Source: Kineococcus radiotolerans SRS30216 = ATCC BAA-149 (GTDB taxonomy: Bacteria > Actinomycetota > Actinomycetes > Actinomycetales > Kineococcaceae). From it: a stretch of DNA of 32,000 nucleotides. Location of the stretch: positions 1,980,001 through 2,012,000 of the forward strand of contig NC_009664.2 in the NCBI RefSeq assembly GCF_000017305.1. Reading direction: 5' to 3'. A program made the translations under genes and the position numbers. Below, one piece after another: positions 8,253 to 16,303 of the stretch. Under the pieces are notes generated by a model. That model saw only the letters and a list, made by a program, of their open reading frames with translations, did no database searches and was not told the origin of the DNA. The first letter of the stretch is position 1, and every line of letters begins with the position of its first letter.

Positions 8253-9149
8253 TCAGAAGGTGACGATGCTCAGCGCGCCCTTGCCGTAGCGGGTCACCTC
8301 GACCGTGAGGTCGAGACGGCTGCCGGTGCGGGTCGCCCAGTCGGCCACGTCGGGGCGCAGGGCCTCGCCGGGCGCGTAGCTGGCGTACAGCTTCAGGTGC
8401 GCGGCACCCTCCACGTTGAACAGCGACGCCATGATGTTGAGCACCTCCTTGGCGTTGACCGTGAGGTTCTCCGGCAGCTCCCGGTCCTCGATGGCGGCTT
8501 CGCTGGCCCCGGGGGGCAGCAGGCCGATCGAGGCGCCGGCGTGGGCGGCCAGCGCGAAGTCGAAGACCACGACGGCCTTGGACTTCAGGTGGTCGTCCAC
8601 GTACAGCCCGACCAGCGACCCGGGCTTGCCGCCGACCGGCACGGGCCGGCCGTCGGCGAGCTCGACGTCGCGGTTGAGCAGGTCGGAGAGCAGGTTGCGG
8701 ATGGCGAGGTTGGAGGGCAGCGGGTTGACCTCGAACTTCACCTCCCCCTGCGCGACGGCCGTCGTGGCGGTGGCCGGGCCGGCGTCGCCGCCGAGGACCG
8801 GGGCCAGCGCCGCGGCGAACTGCTCGGGGGTGAAGGGCTTGGCGATGAGGAAGAGGGCGCCGGCGGCGGCGGCCTTCTCCCGCATCTCCTCCGAACCCTC
8901 CGACGTCACGAAGCCGAACGGCACGTCGAGCCCGGAACCGCGCAGGTTCTGCAGCATCTCGTAGCCGCTGGCCTCGGGCATGTTCCAGTCCGAGAGGACG
9001 ATGTCGGGGTTCTCCTTGCGGACCGCGTCGAACCCCTCCTTGCCGTTCTCGGCCTGGACGACGTCGACCCAGTCGAACCCCGCCTGGCGCAGCGTGCGGA
9101 TGACGATCTGCCGCATGACGCGGCTGTCGTCGACCACCAGGGCCTTCAC
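8253..9149 (-). CDS. CheY-like receiver fused to a CheX/CheC-like C-terminal domain
   Basis: GTG 9149 follows GGAGGGG. REC motifs: VVDDSR, LSDWNMP, KPF. The C-terminal half aligns by eye with the neighbouring CheX (VVVFDF/IVTVSV, NAKEVLNIMAS/DSLGEVANIVGG) and keeps E-x2-N, but not the D/S at -4. Confidence 0.75.
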   Translation of the reverse strand: MKALVVDDSRVMRQIVIRTLRQAGFDWVDVVQAENGKEGFDAVRKENPDIVLSDWNMPEASGYEMLQNLRGSGLDVPFGFVTSEGSEEMREKAAAAGALFLIAKPFTPEQFAAALAPVLGGDAGPATATTAVAQGEVKFEVNPLPSNLAIRNLLSDLLNRDVELADGRPVPVGGKPGSLVGLYVDDHLKSKAVVVFDFALAAHAGASIGLLPPGASEAAIEDRELPENLTVNAKEVLNIMASLFNVEGAAHLKLYASYAPGEALRPDVADWATRTGSRLDLTVEVTRYGKGALSIVTF

Positions 9150-9153
9150 GGGA

Positions 9154-9657
9154 TCACCCCTCCTGCGTCTGGTCGCCGGCGGCGGCCAGCCACACCTCGA
9201 ACGTCAGCCAGTGACCCTGCCAGCTCCCGTCCAGGCGCGCCGCGAGGCGGCCGGAGGAACCGTGCAGGGGCTTGGCCGTCGAGACGACGGGCAGGCCGAG
9301 CGGGCCGGCGTCGGGGACGAGCGCCTTGATGTTGCCGCCGACGATGTTGGCGACCTCGCCGAGGGAGTCGTAGACGTCCTCGTCGGTCAGGTCGCCGTCC
9401 TCCTGCAGCAGCGCCGCCGACAGCGGCACGGCCGCCGCCTTCTCGACGCTGACCGTGACGATGCCCGGGCGGCCGCCGGAGATCGTCACCGAGGCGCAGA
9501 GGATGTCGCCCTCGATGTCGTGCGGGTCGAAGGAGGGGGCGAGGTAGTCGGTGTGGGCGAAGTACGACGCCCACATCTGGTCGACGATCTGCTCCAGGGC
9601 TTCGTCCTCGACGTAGTCCATGGCGACGTCGTGGCCGTTCTCGATGGTGTCGGTCAC
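9154..9657 (-). CDS. cheX: CheX-type chemotaxis CheY-P phosphatase
   Basis: GTG 9657 overlaps the cheY TGA (GTGA). The D-x3-E-x2-N core DSLGEVAN (9346-9369) of the CheC/CheX/FliY family is present. About 167 aa. The alternative start is ATG 9621. Confidence 0.8.
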   Translation of the reverse strand: MTDTIENGHDVAMDYVEDEALEQIVDQMWASYFAHTDYLAPSFDPHDIEGDILCASVTISGGRPGIVTVSVEKAAAVPLSAALLQEDGDLTDEDVYDSLGEVANIVGGNIKALVPDAGPLGLPVVSTAKPLHGSSGRLAARLDGSWQGHWLTFEVWLAAAGDQTQEG

Positions 9658-10037
9658 GCCTGGCTCACCTCCGGCAGCAGCCCGAGCAGGGACAGCTTCT
9701 CCTCCAGCGCGTCCACGGTGAACGGCTTGATGAGGTACTCGTGCGCACCGGCGGCCAGGGCGCGGACGATCTGCCCGTGCTCGGCCTCGGTGGTGACCAT
9801 CATCAGCGTCAGCGCGCGGTACTCGCGGTTCGCCCGGACCTGCGTGACGAACGTGAGACCGTCCATCACCGGCATGTTCCAGTCGACCGTGGCGAGGTCG
9901 GGCAGCGGGCCCGCCTCGAGGACCTTCAGCGCCTCGGCGCCGTCGGCCGCTTCGACCGTCTCGTACCCGAGCTTCCGCAGTGCACCAGCGATGATCTTCC
10001 GCATGGCGCGGGAGTCGTCGACGACAAGAGCCCTCAT
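9654..10037 (-). CDS. cheY: Chemotaxis response regulator CheY
   Basis: 127-aa single receiver: VVDDSRAMR, VDWNMPVMDG, VTTE, IKPF. ATG 10037 overlaps the cheR TGA (ATGA). Confidence 0.9.
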   Translation of the reverse strand: MRALVVDDSRAMRKIIAGALRKLGYETVEAADGAEALKVLEAGPLPDLATVDWNMPVMDGLTFVTQVRANREYRALTLMMVTTEAEHGQIVRALAAGAHEYLIKPFTVDALEEKLSLLGLLPEVSQA

Positions 10038-10864
10038 GCCTGACCTCCGTTCTTGGGACGGTGGACCGAAACCCTTCCGATGAGTTCGCGGTCCCAGTTC
10101 TCATCGACGCCGAGCGTCGTTTCTGCACCCCCGAGGAACATGTATCCCCCGGGCTTGATGACCTTGCGGACCCGGGACAGGATGTCCCGCTTGGTCTCCA
10201 GGTCGAAGTAGATGAGCACGTTCCGCAGGAACACCACGTCGAACTGCCCGAGGGCGGCGTAGGAGCTCGTGAGGTTCAGCTGCTGGAAGCGCACCATCTT
10301 CTTGAGGTTGTCGTTCACCTGCCACTGGGTGCCGACCCGCGTGAAGTGGCGCACCAGCAGGGGCGCCGGCAGTCCGCGGTTCATCTCCAGCTGCGAGTAA
10401 CGACCCGCCTTGGCCTTCTCCAGCACCTCGGTGGAGAGGTCGGTGCCGATGATCTCGGCGCGCCACCCCTCCGCGACGACGCTGTCCTGCAGCCCCATGG
10501 CCAGGCTGTAGGCCTCCTGGCCGGTGGAGGAGGCCGCGGACCAGACGCGCAGGGAGCGCGTCGTGGCCCGGGCCTGCTTGAGGGCGGGGACCACGGCGGT
10601 CGAGAACGCCTGGAACGGGGCGCCGTCGCGGAACCACGACGTCTCGTTCGTCGTCAGCGCCTCGACGATGGCGGTCTGCGCGCGGCGGTCGGGGCGCAAC
10701 CGGATGCCGTCGACGTAGGCGGAGACGTCGGCCGCGCCCGCGGCGCGTGCCAGGGGCACGAGCCGGGACTCGACGAGGTACTCCTTGCCCTTCTCGAGGA
10801 CGATCGCACTCTCCTTGCGCACGAGCGTGCAGACCCAGTCGAAGGCCGTGGGCGTGAGGGCCAT
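10034..10864 (-). CDS. cheR: Chemotaxis protein methyltransferase CheR
   Basis: ATG 10864. CheR N-domain (FDWVCTLVRKESAIVL), TNETSWFRD, and the SAM motif VWSAASSTGQEAYSLAM; also VFLRNVLIYFD. The upstream P/R-rich part of ORF 10034..11116 was discarded. Confidence 0.93.
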   Translation of the reverse strand: MALTPTAFDWVCTLVRKESAIVLEKGKEYLVESRLVPLARAAGAADVSAYVDGIRLRPDRRAQTAIVEALTTNETSWFRDGAPFQAFSTAVVPALKQARATTRSLRVWSAASSTGQEAYSLAMGLQDSVVAEGWRAEIIGTDLSTEVLEKAKAGRYSQLEMNRGLPAPLLVRHFTRVGTQWQVNDNLKKMVRFQQLNLTSSYAALGQFDVVFLRNVLIYFDLETKRDILSRVRKVIKPGGYMFLGGAETTLGVDENWDRELIGRVSVHRPKNGGQA

Positions 10865-10865
10865 G

Positions 10866-12125
10866 TCACCACCTGCCTTGGGAGGGACGGGCCGCGGGAG
10901 CGGCGGGGCGGGACGCCGGCGGACGCGCCGGCGGGGTGCTGCGGGTGGGGCTGGTCGAGACGGTGGGGCGGGTGCTGCCGGCCGCCGGGGGGCGCGCGGC
11001 CGGGGGGTGCGGGGCCGACGCGGTCCGGGCGCCCGGCCCGAGCCGGCGCTGGATCGCGTCGGCGATGGCCGACAGGGGCAGGACCTCGTCCGCGATGCCC
11101 TCGCGGGTGACGGCACCGGGCATCCCCCAGACCACCGAGGTGGCCTCGTCCTGGGCCAGGACCTGGCCGCCGGCGGCCGCGATGTCCTTGCAGCCGAGCT
11201 TGCCGTCCGACCCCATGCCGGTGAGGATCACCGCGAGGAGCTCCCCGCCGAAGGCGGCGACCGCCGAGCGGAGCATGACGTCCACCGCCGGTCTGCAGAA
11301 GTTCTCGGCAGGTCCCTGGTGCAACTTGATCACCATCTGCGGACCGCGCCGGGCGACCTCCATGTGGAAGTCGCCGGGGGCCACGTAGACCGTCCCGGCC
11401 ACGACGGGTTCGCCGTCGGTGGCCTCGACGACGCGCAGGGCGCTGCTCTTGTCCAGCCGCTGGGCGTAGAGGCGGGTGAAGACGGGGGGCATGTGCTGGG
11501 TGACCAGCACGGGCACGCCGAGGGTGGCGGGCAGCTTCGCCAGGACCGCCGAGAGGGCCTCCGGGCCCCCGGTGGAGGAGCCGATGACGAGCGCGCGGGG
11601 GGTCTTGGCCGCACCGGTGGGGGTGCGGGTGGTCACCGGCGTCGCCGGGCGGGCCGGGGTCGCGGCGGGTGCGCTGGGCGCGGGCGCCGCGGGGGGCGCC
11701 GCGAGGTGGCCCAGGTGCGGCACGAGGGCCTTGATCTTGGGGATCAGCTGCTGGCGCACCGACTCCATCGACTCCGCGACGCTGCCCACGTTGGCGGGCT
11801 TGGTGACGTAGTCGGAGGCGCCGGAGGACAGCGCCTCGAGGGTGGCGGTGGCGCCGCGCTCGGTGAGGGTGGAGAACATGATGACCGGCAGCCGCCGGTC
11901 GATCTTGCGGATCTCCTTGATCGCCTCGAGCCCGTCCATGACGGGCATCTCGATGTCGAGGGTCACGACGTCGGGCTTGAGCTGGAGGATCTTCTCCAGG
12001 GCGAGCTTGCCGTTGGCGGCCGTGCCGACGACCTCGATGGCCGGGTCGGAGGCGAGCACGTCGGTGACCAGCCGCCGGACGACGACGGAGTCGTCGACGG
12101 TGAGCACCTTGATGCGTTGACTCAC
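10866..12125 (-). CDS. cheB: Chemotaxis methylesterase/deamidase CheB (REC + CheB_methylest) with a Pro/Ala-rich C-terminal tail
   Basis: GTG 12125 (VSQRIKVLTVDD). REC shown by DIEMPVMDG. Esterase motifs: IGSSTGGP, TQHMP, LTGMGSDG, WGMP. A 57-aa low-complexity tail runs to the stop codon 10866-10868, 1 nt before the cheR ATG. Confidence 0.93.
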   Translation of the reverse strand: MSQRIKVLTVDDSVVVRRLVTDVLASDPAIEVVGTAANGKLALEKILQLKPDVVTLDIEMPVMDGLEAIKEIRKIDRRLPVIMFSTLTERGATATLEALSSGASDYVTKPANVGSVAESMESVRQQLIPKIKALVPHLGHLAAPPAAPAPSAPAATPARPATPVTTRTPTGAAKTPRALVIGSSTGGPEALSAVLAKLPATLGVPVLVTQHMPPVFTRLYAQRLDKSSALRVVEATDGEPVVAGTVYVAPGDFHMEVARRGPQMVIKLHQGPAENFCRPAVDVMLRSAVAAFGGELLAVILTGMGSDGKLGCKDIAAAGGQVLAQDEATSVVWGMPGAVTREGIADEVLPLSAIADAIQRRLGPGARTASAPHPPAARPPAAGSTRPTVSTSPTRSTPPARPPASRPAAPAARPSQGRW

Positions 12126-12202
12126 GCCGCACCTGACCTTCCCTGGCGACGGCGCAGGGGTCGGCGCCGTGGAACGCCGCCCGGGCCTGGGCGGCTCCTC
12201 TT

Positions 12203-12229
12203 CCATCGGCCGCCGGTGGCCAACCCTGA
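12203..12229 (-). promoter_or_regulatory. Putative sigma-28 (FliA/WhiG)-type promoter of the cheB operon
   Basis: Minus strand reads TCAG-N15-GCCGATGG about 77 nt upstream of the cheB GTG. The -10 matches GCCGATAA in 6/8 positions. The same bipartite motif occurs at 19284-19310 and 24165-24191. Confidence 0.4.
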
Positions 12230-12322
12230 AGCCCGCGTCCCGCTCCTCGTCGCTGCGCGCACACAGCTACTGTGCGTCGCCAAGCGGTCACGCGTCGACC
12301 GGTGCCGCGTCGCCCCCGTCCC

Positions 12323-12362
12323 CCGGCGGGGATCCCGCGCAGTGCTGCGGGATCCCCGCCGG
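12323..12362 (-). terminator. Hairpin downstream of ycnI
   Basis: CCGGCGGGGATCCCGC (12323-12338) pairs with GCGGGATCCCCGCCGG (12347-12362): 16-bp perfect stem, 32 nt after the ycnI stop. No U-tract. Confidence 0.45.
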
Positions 12363-12393
12363 AGGTGCGGCCGGCGCTGCGCGCCGGGGGGGG

Positions 12394-13149
12394 TCAGGCG
12401 CGGCGGCGGCGCAGCAGGACGACGACGAGGGCCGCGAGGCCGAGGGCCAGGCCCGCACCCGCGAGGCCGCGGGCCACCGGGTCCGCCCCCGGCGCCGCCG
12501 TGGTCGAGGCCGCCGGGGTGGTCGCCGGGGTGGCGGCCGCCTCGGCGTGCGACCCGCCGTGGTGGTCCTCGCCCGCCGCGGTGGTGGTGAACTCCGGCGC
12601 GGGCTTGTCCGGCTCCCCGGCCCCCTCCGCGGCGACCTCGCTCCAGTCCGCGACCTCGCCGTCGGCGTAGGTCTGGACGGTGGGCAGGACCACGCGGGTC
12701 CCGGCCCCGGGCAGGGGGCCGACGTTGGCCTCGAACTCCTCGAACTGGCCGACGGCGATCCCCGCCGACCCCGGGTCCGCGGTCCAGGTGACGCTCAGCG
12801 GCGCCTTCGTCAGGGTCGTGCCGCCGACCTCGACGGGCGCCGGCAGCGCGCCCTCGGTGACGACGGCGCTCCAGCCCGCCACGGGCCGGACCGCGACGTA
12901 GGAGAAGGGGTGCTCGGTCGGCAGGGAGACCCGCACCGACGTCGTCGCGGCGGTGTCGGACTCGTTGGGCACCCGGAACGTCACGACGCTGTAGCCGTCG
13001 GCGGCCGTCGTGTCGGGGGTGGCGTGGACGTGCGCCGCGGCGGGCACGGCGGCCAGCAGGAGCGCACCGCCCGCGGTGGCGGCGACCGCCAGGGCGCGGC
13101 TGGTCCGGGCGCGCGCGGGCAGGGTGGAGCGCAGGGTGGAGCGGTTCAC
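12394..13149 (-). CDS. ycnI: YcnI-family (DUF1775) copper-binding protein with signal peptide and C-terminal membrane anchor
   Basis: GTG 13149 lies 5 nt after GAGGAAG. A signal peptide ends AAAHVHATP, giving a mature N-terminal His. FRVPNES motif is present. C-terminal hydrophobic helix plus RRRRA. Confidence 0.85.
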   Translation of the reverse strand: MNRSTLRSTLPARARTSRALAVAATAGGALLLAAVPAAAHVHATPDTTAADGYSVVTFRVPNESDTAATTSVRVSLPTEHPFSYVAVRPVAGWSAVVTEGALPAPVEVGGTTLTKAPLSVTWTADPGSAGIAVGQFEEFEANVGPLPGAGTRVVLPTVQTYADGEVADWSEVAAEGAGEPDKPAPEFTTTAAGEDHHGGSHAEAAATPATTPAASTTAAPGADPVARGLAGAGLALGLAALVVVLLRRRRA

Positions 13150-13170
13150 GGTGTCTTCCTCAGGGGTGGG

Positions 13171-13803
13171 TCAGGACGTGGGGACGGGGGCGGAGCCCAC
13201 CGGCGGACCACGTCGCCTGACCCGGCGCGCGACCACGGACCGCGGTCGCGCGGGGGGCGTCGCGGGGAAGGGCGCGGGGCGGGCGGCGACGAAGCGCAGC
13301 AGGTCCCGCAGGACCCGGGCCAGGGGCCGCAGCCACGCCCACAGCGACCACAGCAGCCGCTCCCCGTGCAGCAGCAGGAGCAGGGCGGCGACGGTCGCCG
13401 CGACGTGGGCCAGGGTCATCGCCGCCGAACCGGACCCGGCGGACCCGGCGGCGCCGTCGACGGCGCCGGTCAGCGGGGTCCACTCCAGGTGGTGGCCGTG
13501 GGCGACGACCGCGACGGCCTGCGCGGGGCAGGCGTCGAACAGCTCGTGCAGCGTGACCTGACCGCCGCCGAGGAGCCCCGCCAGCCCGGACCGGCTGAAG
13601 CGGCGGCCGGCGAGCAGCAGGCTGAGCGCCCCCACCACGACGGCCACGGCGAGCAGCAGCGGGATCCCGGGCGCCCGCCCGCCCGCGGCGAGGTGTGCCC
13701 CGGCGGCCAGGCCGACGACCGTGGTGGCCACCGCTCCCGCCCGGGCGCAGCGCAGCGCCCCGCGCACCGGCGAGGTGCCGGCGGTCGCGGGGCGGTTCGG
13801 CAC
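13171..13803 (-). CDS. Hypothetical integral membrane protein with a His cluster
   Basis: 3-4 hydrophobic segments and VVAHGHHLEW. G/C-rich third positions. Same strand as ycnI and 21 nt upstream of it. Confidence 0.6.
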   Translation of the reverse strand: MPNRPATAGTSPVRGALRCARAGAVATTVVGLAAGAHLAAGGRAPGIPLLLAVAVVVGALSLLLAGRRFSRSGLAGLLGGGQVTLHELFDACPAQAVAVVAHGHHLEWTPLTGAVDGAAGSAGSGSAAMTLAHVAATVAALLLLLHGERLLWSLWAWLRPLARVLRDLLRFVAARPAPFPATPPARPRSVVARRVRRRGPPVGSAPVPTS

Positions 13804-13833
13804 CCCCCCACGCTACCGGGAGGGCGGCGGGGC

Positions 13834-14763
13834 TCAGGCGGGGCCGAAGGCCGCTTCCCACGGGCGCAGGAGGACGGCGCGGGCGTCGGAGGACAGCAGG
13901 TCGGCGACGACCTCGGCGTGCACGACCCCGCTGACGACGTTCCACAGGCCCTCGGCCCCGTCGGCGGCGTCGAGGCCCCCGGCGCGGAAGGCGCGGACGG
14001 CGAGCAGCTGGGCGACGGCGGCGGTGCGCACGCGGTCGGACAGGTGAACCGCCCAGGACGCGTCGTGCACCGCACCCGCCCACTCCCCCGCACCGGGGCG
14101 GCTGGCGGCAGCCACGGCGCGCAGGCAGGCGCGGTCGGTGCCGTCGAGGCGGCGCAGGCGGTCCAGGACCCGCTCGACCCCGGCCTGGGCCTCCCCGAGC
14201 CCGGTCGGGCGCTCGGGCAGCGGGGCGAGGTCGCGGCAGGCCTGCAGGTAGGGGTGGGCCAGGACCCGGCGGGCGTGGTCGGGCAGCCGGTCGCCGAGGT
14301 AGGCGGAGACGGCGGCGTCGGCGAGGACGTCGGCGGCGCGCCCGGCGTCCTCGGTGCGCAGCCGGGGCCCGCCCTCCAGCGGCGCGGACCAGGTCCAGTC
14401 GAAGACGTCGTGGTGCACGAGGCGGACCAGCGCGTCGGCGTCGGCGATGGTGCTGGTCTGCAGGACCCGCACGACCCCCCGCTCGACCCGGGCCCCGGAG
14501 ACCTCGTCGGCGAAGTCGTCGCGGGCGAGGCCGTTGGCCACCTGGTGCAGGACGTCGGTCAGCTGGGGGACGCCGTCGCAGGCGGTGCGCACCGCGTCCC
14601 AGGCGGCCGTGCGGGTGGCCGGGTCGTGGCGGGCGGCGAGGACGTCGATCTCGCGCGGGCCGCAGTCCAGGGCCCGGAGCAGGACCTCCGCGGCGGAGTC
14701 GCCCGCGGGCAGCCGCACGAGGTCGAAACCCAGCACGGGGGAGCTCACCAGGGAGTAGTGCAT
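13834..14763 (-). CDS. Hypothetical protein (309 aa)
   Basis: ATG 14763 lies 9 nt after GGAGG. Balanced amino-acid composition and G/C-rich third positions. The N-terminal 46 codons of ORF 13834..14901 were discarded. Confidence 0.6.
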   Translation of the reverse strand: MHYSLVSSPVLGFDLVRLPAGDSAAEVLLRALDCGPREIDVLAARHDPATRTAAWDAVRTACDGVPQLTDVLHQVANGLARDDFADEVSGARVERGVVRVLQTSTIADADALVRLVHHDVFDWTWSAPLEGGPRLRTEDAGRAADVLADAAVSAYLGDRLPDHARRVLAHPYLQACRDLAPLPERPTGLGEAQAGVERVLDRLRRLDGTDRACLRAVAAASRPGAGEWAGAVHDASWAVHLSDRVRTAAVAQLLAVRAFRAGGLDAADGAEGLWNVVSGVVHAEVVADLLSSDARAVLLRPWEAAFGPA

Positions 14764-14963
14764 GGTCGTCCGCCTCCAGGCCGGTCGTGCGCCGTCCGGT
14801 CGGTCGGCGTGGTTCCACCCTGACACTGCGTGACCCGCCCGGCGAGGCGTCGTCAGCCGTCCGGCGGCACGTCGGCGTGTCGGACCCCCCGCGCAGCTCA
14901 CCGGCCGCGACCGCGCTGCTCCGTCCGGGGGACGCGCGCGCCGGTGCGCCGTAACGTCGGGTC

Positions 14964-15881
14964 GTGGACCAGCAGCCCGACGACGAGCCGCACCGCCCCC
15001 CGACCGAGCCCGCCGGGACCGGGCCCGCCGGAGCCGGGGCGGGCCAGCGGGTGGGCCAGCGGGTGGGTGCGGCGCCGGACCCGGGCGGCTGGGCCTCCTG
15101 GCTGCTGGTGGCCGTCGCCGCGGCCCCGGTGCTGGTGCTGGGCGAGGTGGCCCGCCGCCACCTCGGCGGCGGCCTGGACGCGCGCTACTTCGGGGCCACC
15201 GCCGGCTCCGGCGAGGACGCCGTCGGCCTCGGCCTCGGCTGGTCGACCCGGTTCAGCCTGCTGTGGACGGCGGTGCCGGTGCCGGAGGTGCTGCTGGCGG
15301 CGCTGGCGGGTCTGCTCGTGCTGTGCGCGCTCGTCGTGGCCGGGCGTCCCGCCTGGCTGGTCCCCGGCCGGTGGGGCCGCCGCGCCGCCGCCGGTGTCGC
15401 CGCGCTGGCCGCGGCGGAGAGCCTGATCGCGCTGCTCACCCTGGCCGGGCGGGCCGACGACTCCGAGCGGGAGGGGTTCGGGGGGCTGTCGATCACCTAC
15501 TACGTCCCCCCCACCGGGCGGTTCCCCGAGATCGCCCCCGTCCTCGCGCTGCTCGCGGTGACGACGGTCCTTCCGGCGCTCGCGGCCCTCGTGCTGTGGC
15601 GGGACGGCGACGGCGCCCCGGCGGGACGCGGGGACGACGACGACGTCGATGAGGTCGATGAGGTCGATGAGGTCGATGAGGTCGATGAGGCCCCCGGCGC
15701 CGACGGGGACGACGCCGGGGACCTCGGTGCCACCCCGGCCGTGACGACGCCCACCGCCGCTGCCCCCGGGACGCCCGCCGCCCCGCCCGCGGTGGCGGGG
15801 CGCGGACCGGGCCCGGGCCCCGGGATCCCCACCGTCCCGGCCCACGAGCTCGACGCCTACCGCCGCCCCCGGGTGCCGTGA
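14964..15881 (+). CDS. Hypothetical membrane protein with acidic (VDE)5 repeat tail
   Basis: About 4 hydrophobic helices, then an acidic/Pro-rich tail. The competing minus-strand ORFs are R/G/P-rich frame artefacts. Confidence 0.65.
   Translation: MDQQPDDEPHRPPTEPAGTGPAGAGAGQRVGQRVGAAPDPGGWASWLLVAVAAAPVLVLGEVARRHLGGGLDARYFGATAGSGEDAVGLGLGWSTRFSLLWTAVPVPEVLLAALAGLLVLCALVVAGRPAWLVPGRWGRRAAAGVAALAAAESLIALLTLAGRADDSEREGFGGLSITYYVPPTGRFPEIAPVLALLAVTTVLPALAALVLWRDGDGAPAGRGDDDDVDEVDEVDEVDEVDEAPGADGDDAGDLGATPAVTTPTAAAPGTPAAPPAVAGRGPGPGPGIPTVPAHELDAYRRPRVP
15645..15689 (+). repeat. Perfect 9-bp tandem repeat GTCGATGAG x5 (in-frame VDE x5)
   Basis: Five identical head-to-tail copies, read directly from the sequence. 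Confidence 0.95.
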
Positions 15882-15894
15882 GCCCCGGGACGTC

Positions 15895-16239
15895 GTGCGG
15901 CGCGGGGCTCCCCCGCGCCGCCCCGGGTACGGTGCGGGCGTGACGCAGCGCGGGGGCAGCGGGGACTACGTCGAGGGTGAACGGGTCTTCGCCCCGCCGC
16001 GGGGCAGCTTCGACCCCGACTGGGTCGCGGGCCTGGTGCTGGACCGCTCGGCGGCTGCGCCGGCGGTGTCCCGCAGCGCCCTCGCCGGCGCGGCCCACGC
16101 CGACTGGACCCGGCGGACCGGGGGCGCGACGGCGCCGGAGCGGGTGCGCGCGCTGGAGGAGGACGGGTTCCCCCCGGCCACCGCCCGCGACGTGGTGGGG
16201 GCCGTGGACGACTTCACCGCCGCCTACGGGGTCGGGTGA
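15895..16239 (+). CDS. Hypothetical small protein
   Basis: Nearly every third codon position is G/C in this frame. Start is uncertain (GTG 15895 or GTG 15940) and there is no clear SD. Confidence 0.55.
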   Translation: MRRGAPPRRPGYGAGVTQRGGSGDYVEGERVFAPPRGSFDPDWVAGLVLDRSAAAPAVSRSALAGAAHADWTRRTGGATAPERVRALEEDGFPPATARDVVGAVDDFTAAYGVG

Positions 16240-16261
16240 ACCGCCTGCGGCGGAACGCAGG

Positions 16262-16292
16262 ACGGGGTGGGACCCAGGAGGTCCCACCCCGT
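16262..16292. terminator. Bidirectional hairpin between convergent genes (small hypothetical and cheW)
   Basis: ACGGGGTGGGACC / loop CAGGA / GGTCCCACCCCGT: 13-bp perfect stem, 12 nt after the cheW stop and 23 nt after the + strand stop. Confidence 0.6.
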
Positions 16293-16303
16293 GCGCGCGG
16301 TGC

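Noticed and set aside
5523-8289. ORFs 5523..7550 (+), 5626..6927 (-), 6931..8289 (+) and 6971..8215 (-)
   Set aside because: These are frame artefacts overlapping the ppm1-type, VOC and EAL genes. They have no motifs and are extremely Arg/Gly/Pro-rich.
9658-10128. Upstream part of the 324-aa ORF 9154..10128
   Set aside because: It is out of frame over cheY and R/G/H-rich. The CheX similarity begins only after GTG 9657.
10654-12590. ORFs 10654..12291 (-, 545 aa) and 10785..12590 (+, 601 aa) over cheB
   Set aside because: These are alternative frames of cheB with R/G/P-rich translations and no motifs.
12169-14823. 884-aa + strand ORF (and the 552-aa minus-strand ORF 13160..14818) spanning the ycnI region
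   Set aside because: The translations are Arg/Gly/Pro/Ala runs with no motifs. They lie antisense or out of frame to genes with clear family signatures (YcnI) and proper SD/start pairs. This is a typical long-ORF artefact of stop-poor high-GC DNA.
15645-15689. The GTCGATGAG array as a CRISPR-like or regulatory repeat
   Set aside because: The units are 9 bp, contiguous and without spacers. They are in frame inside a coding region, so this is a coding microsatellite.
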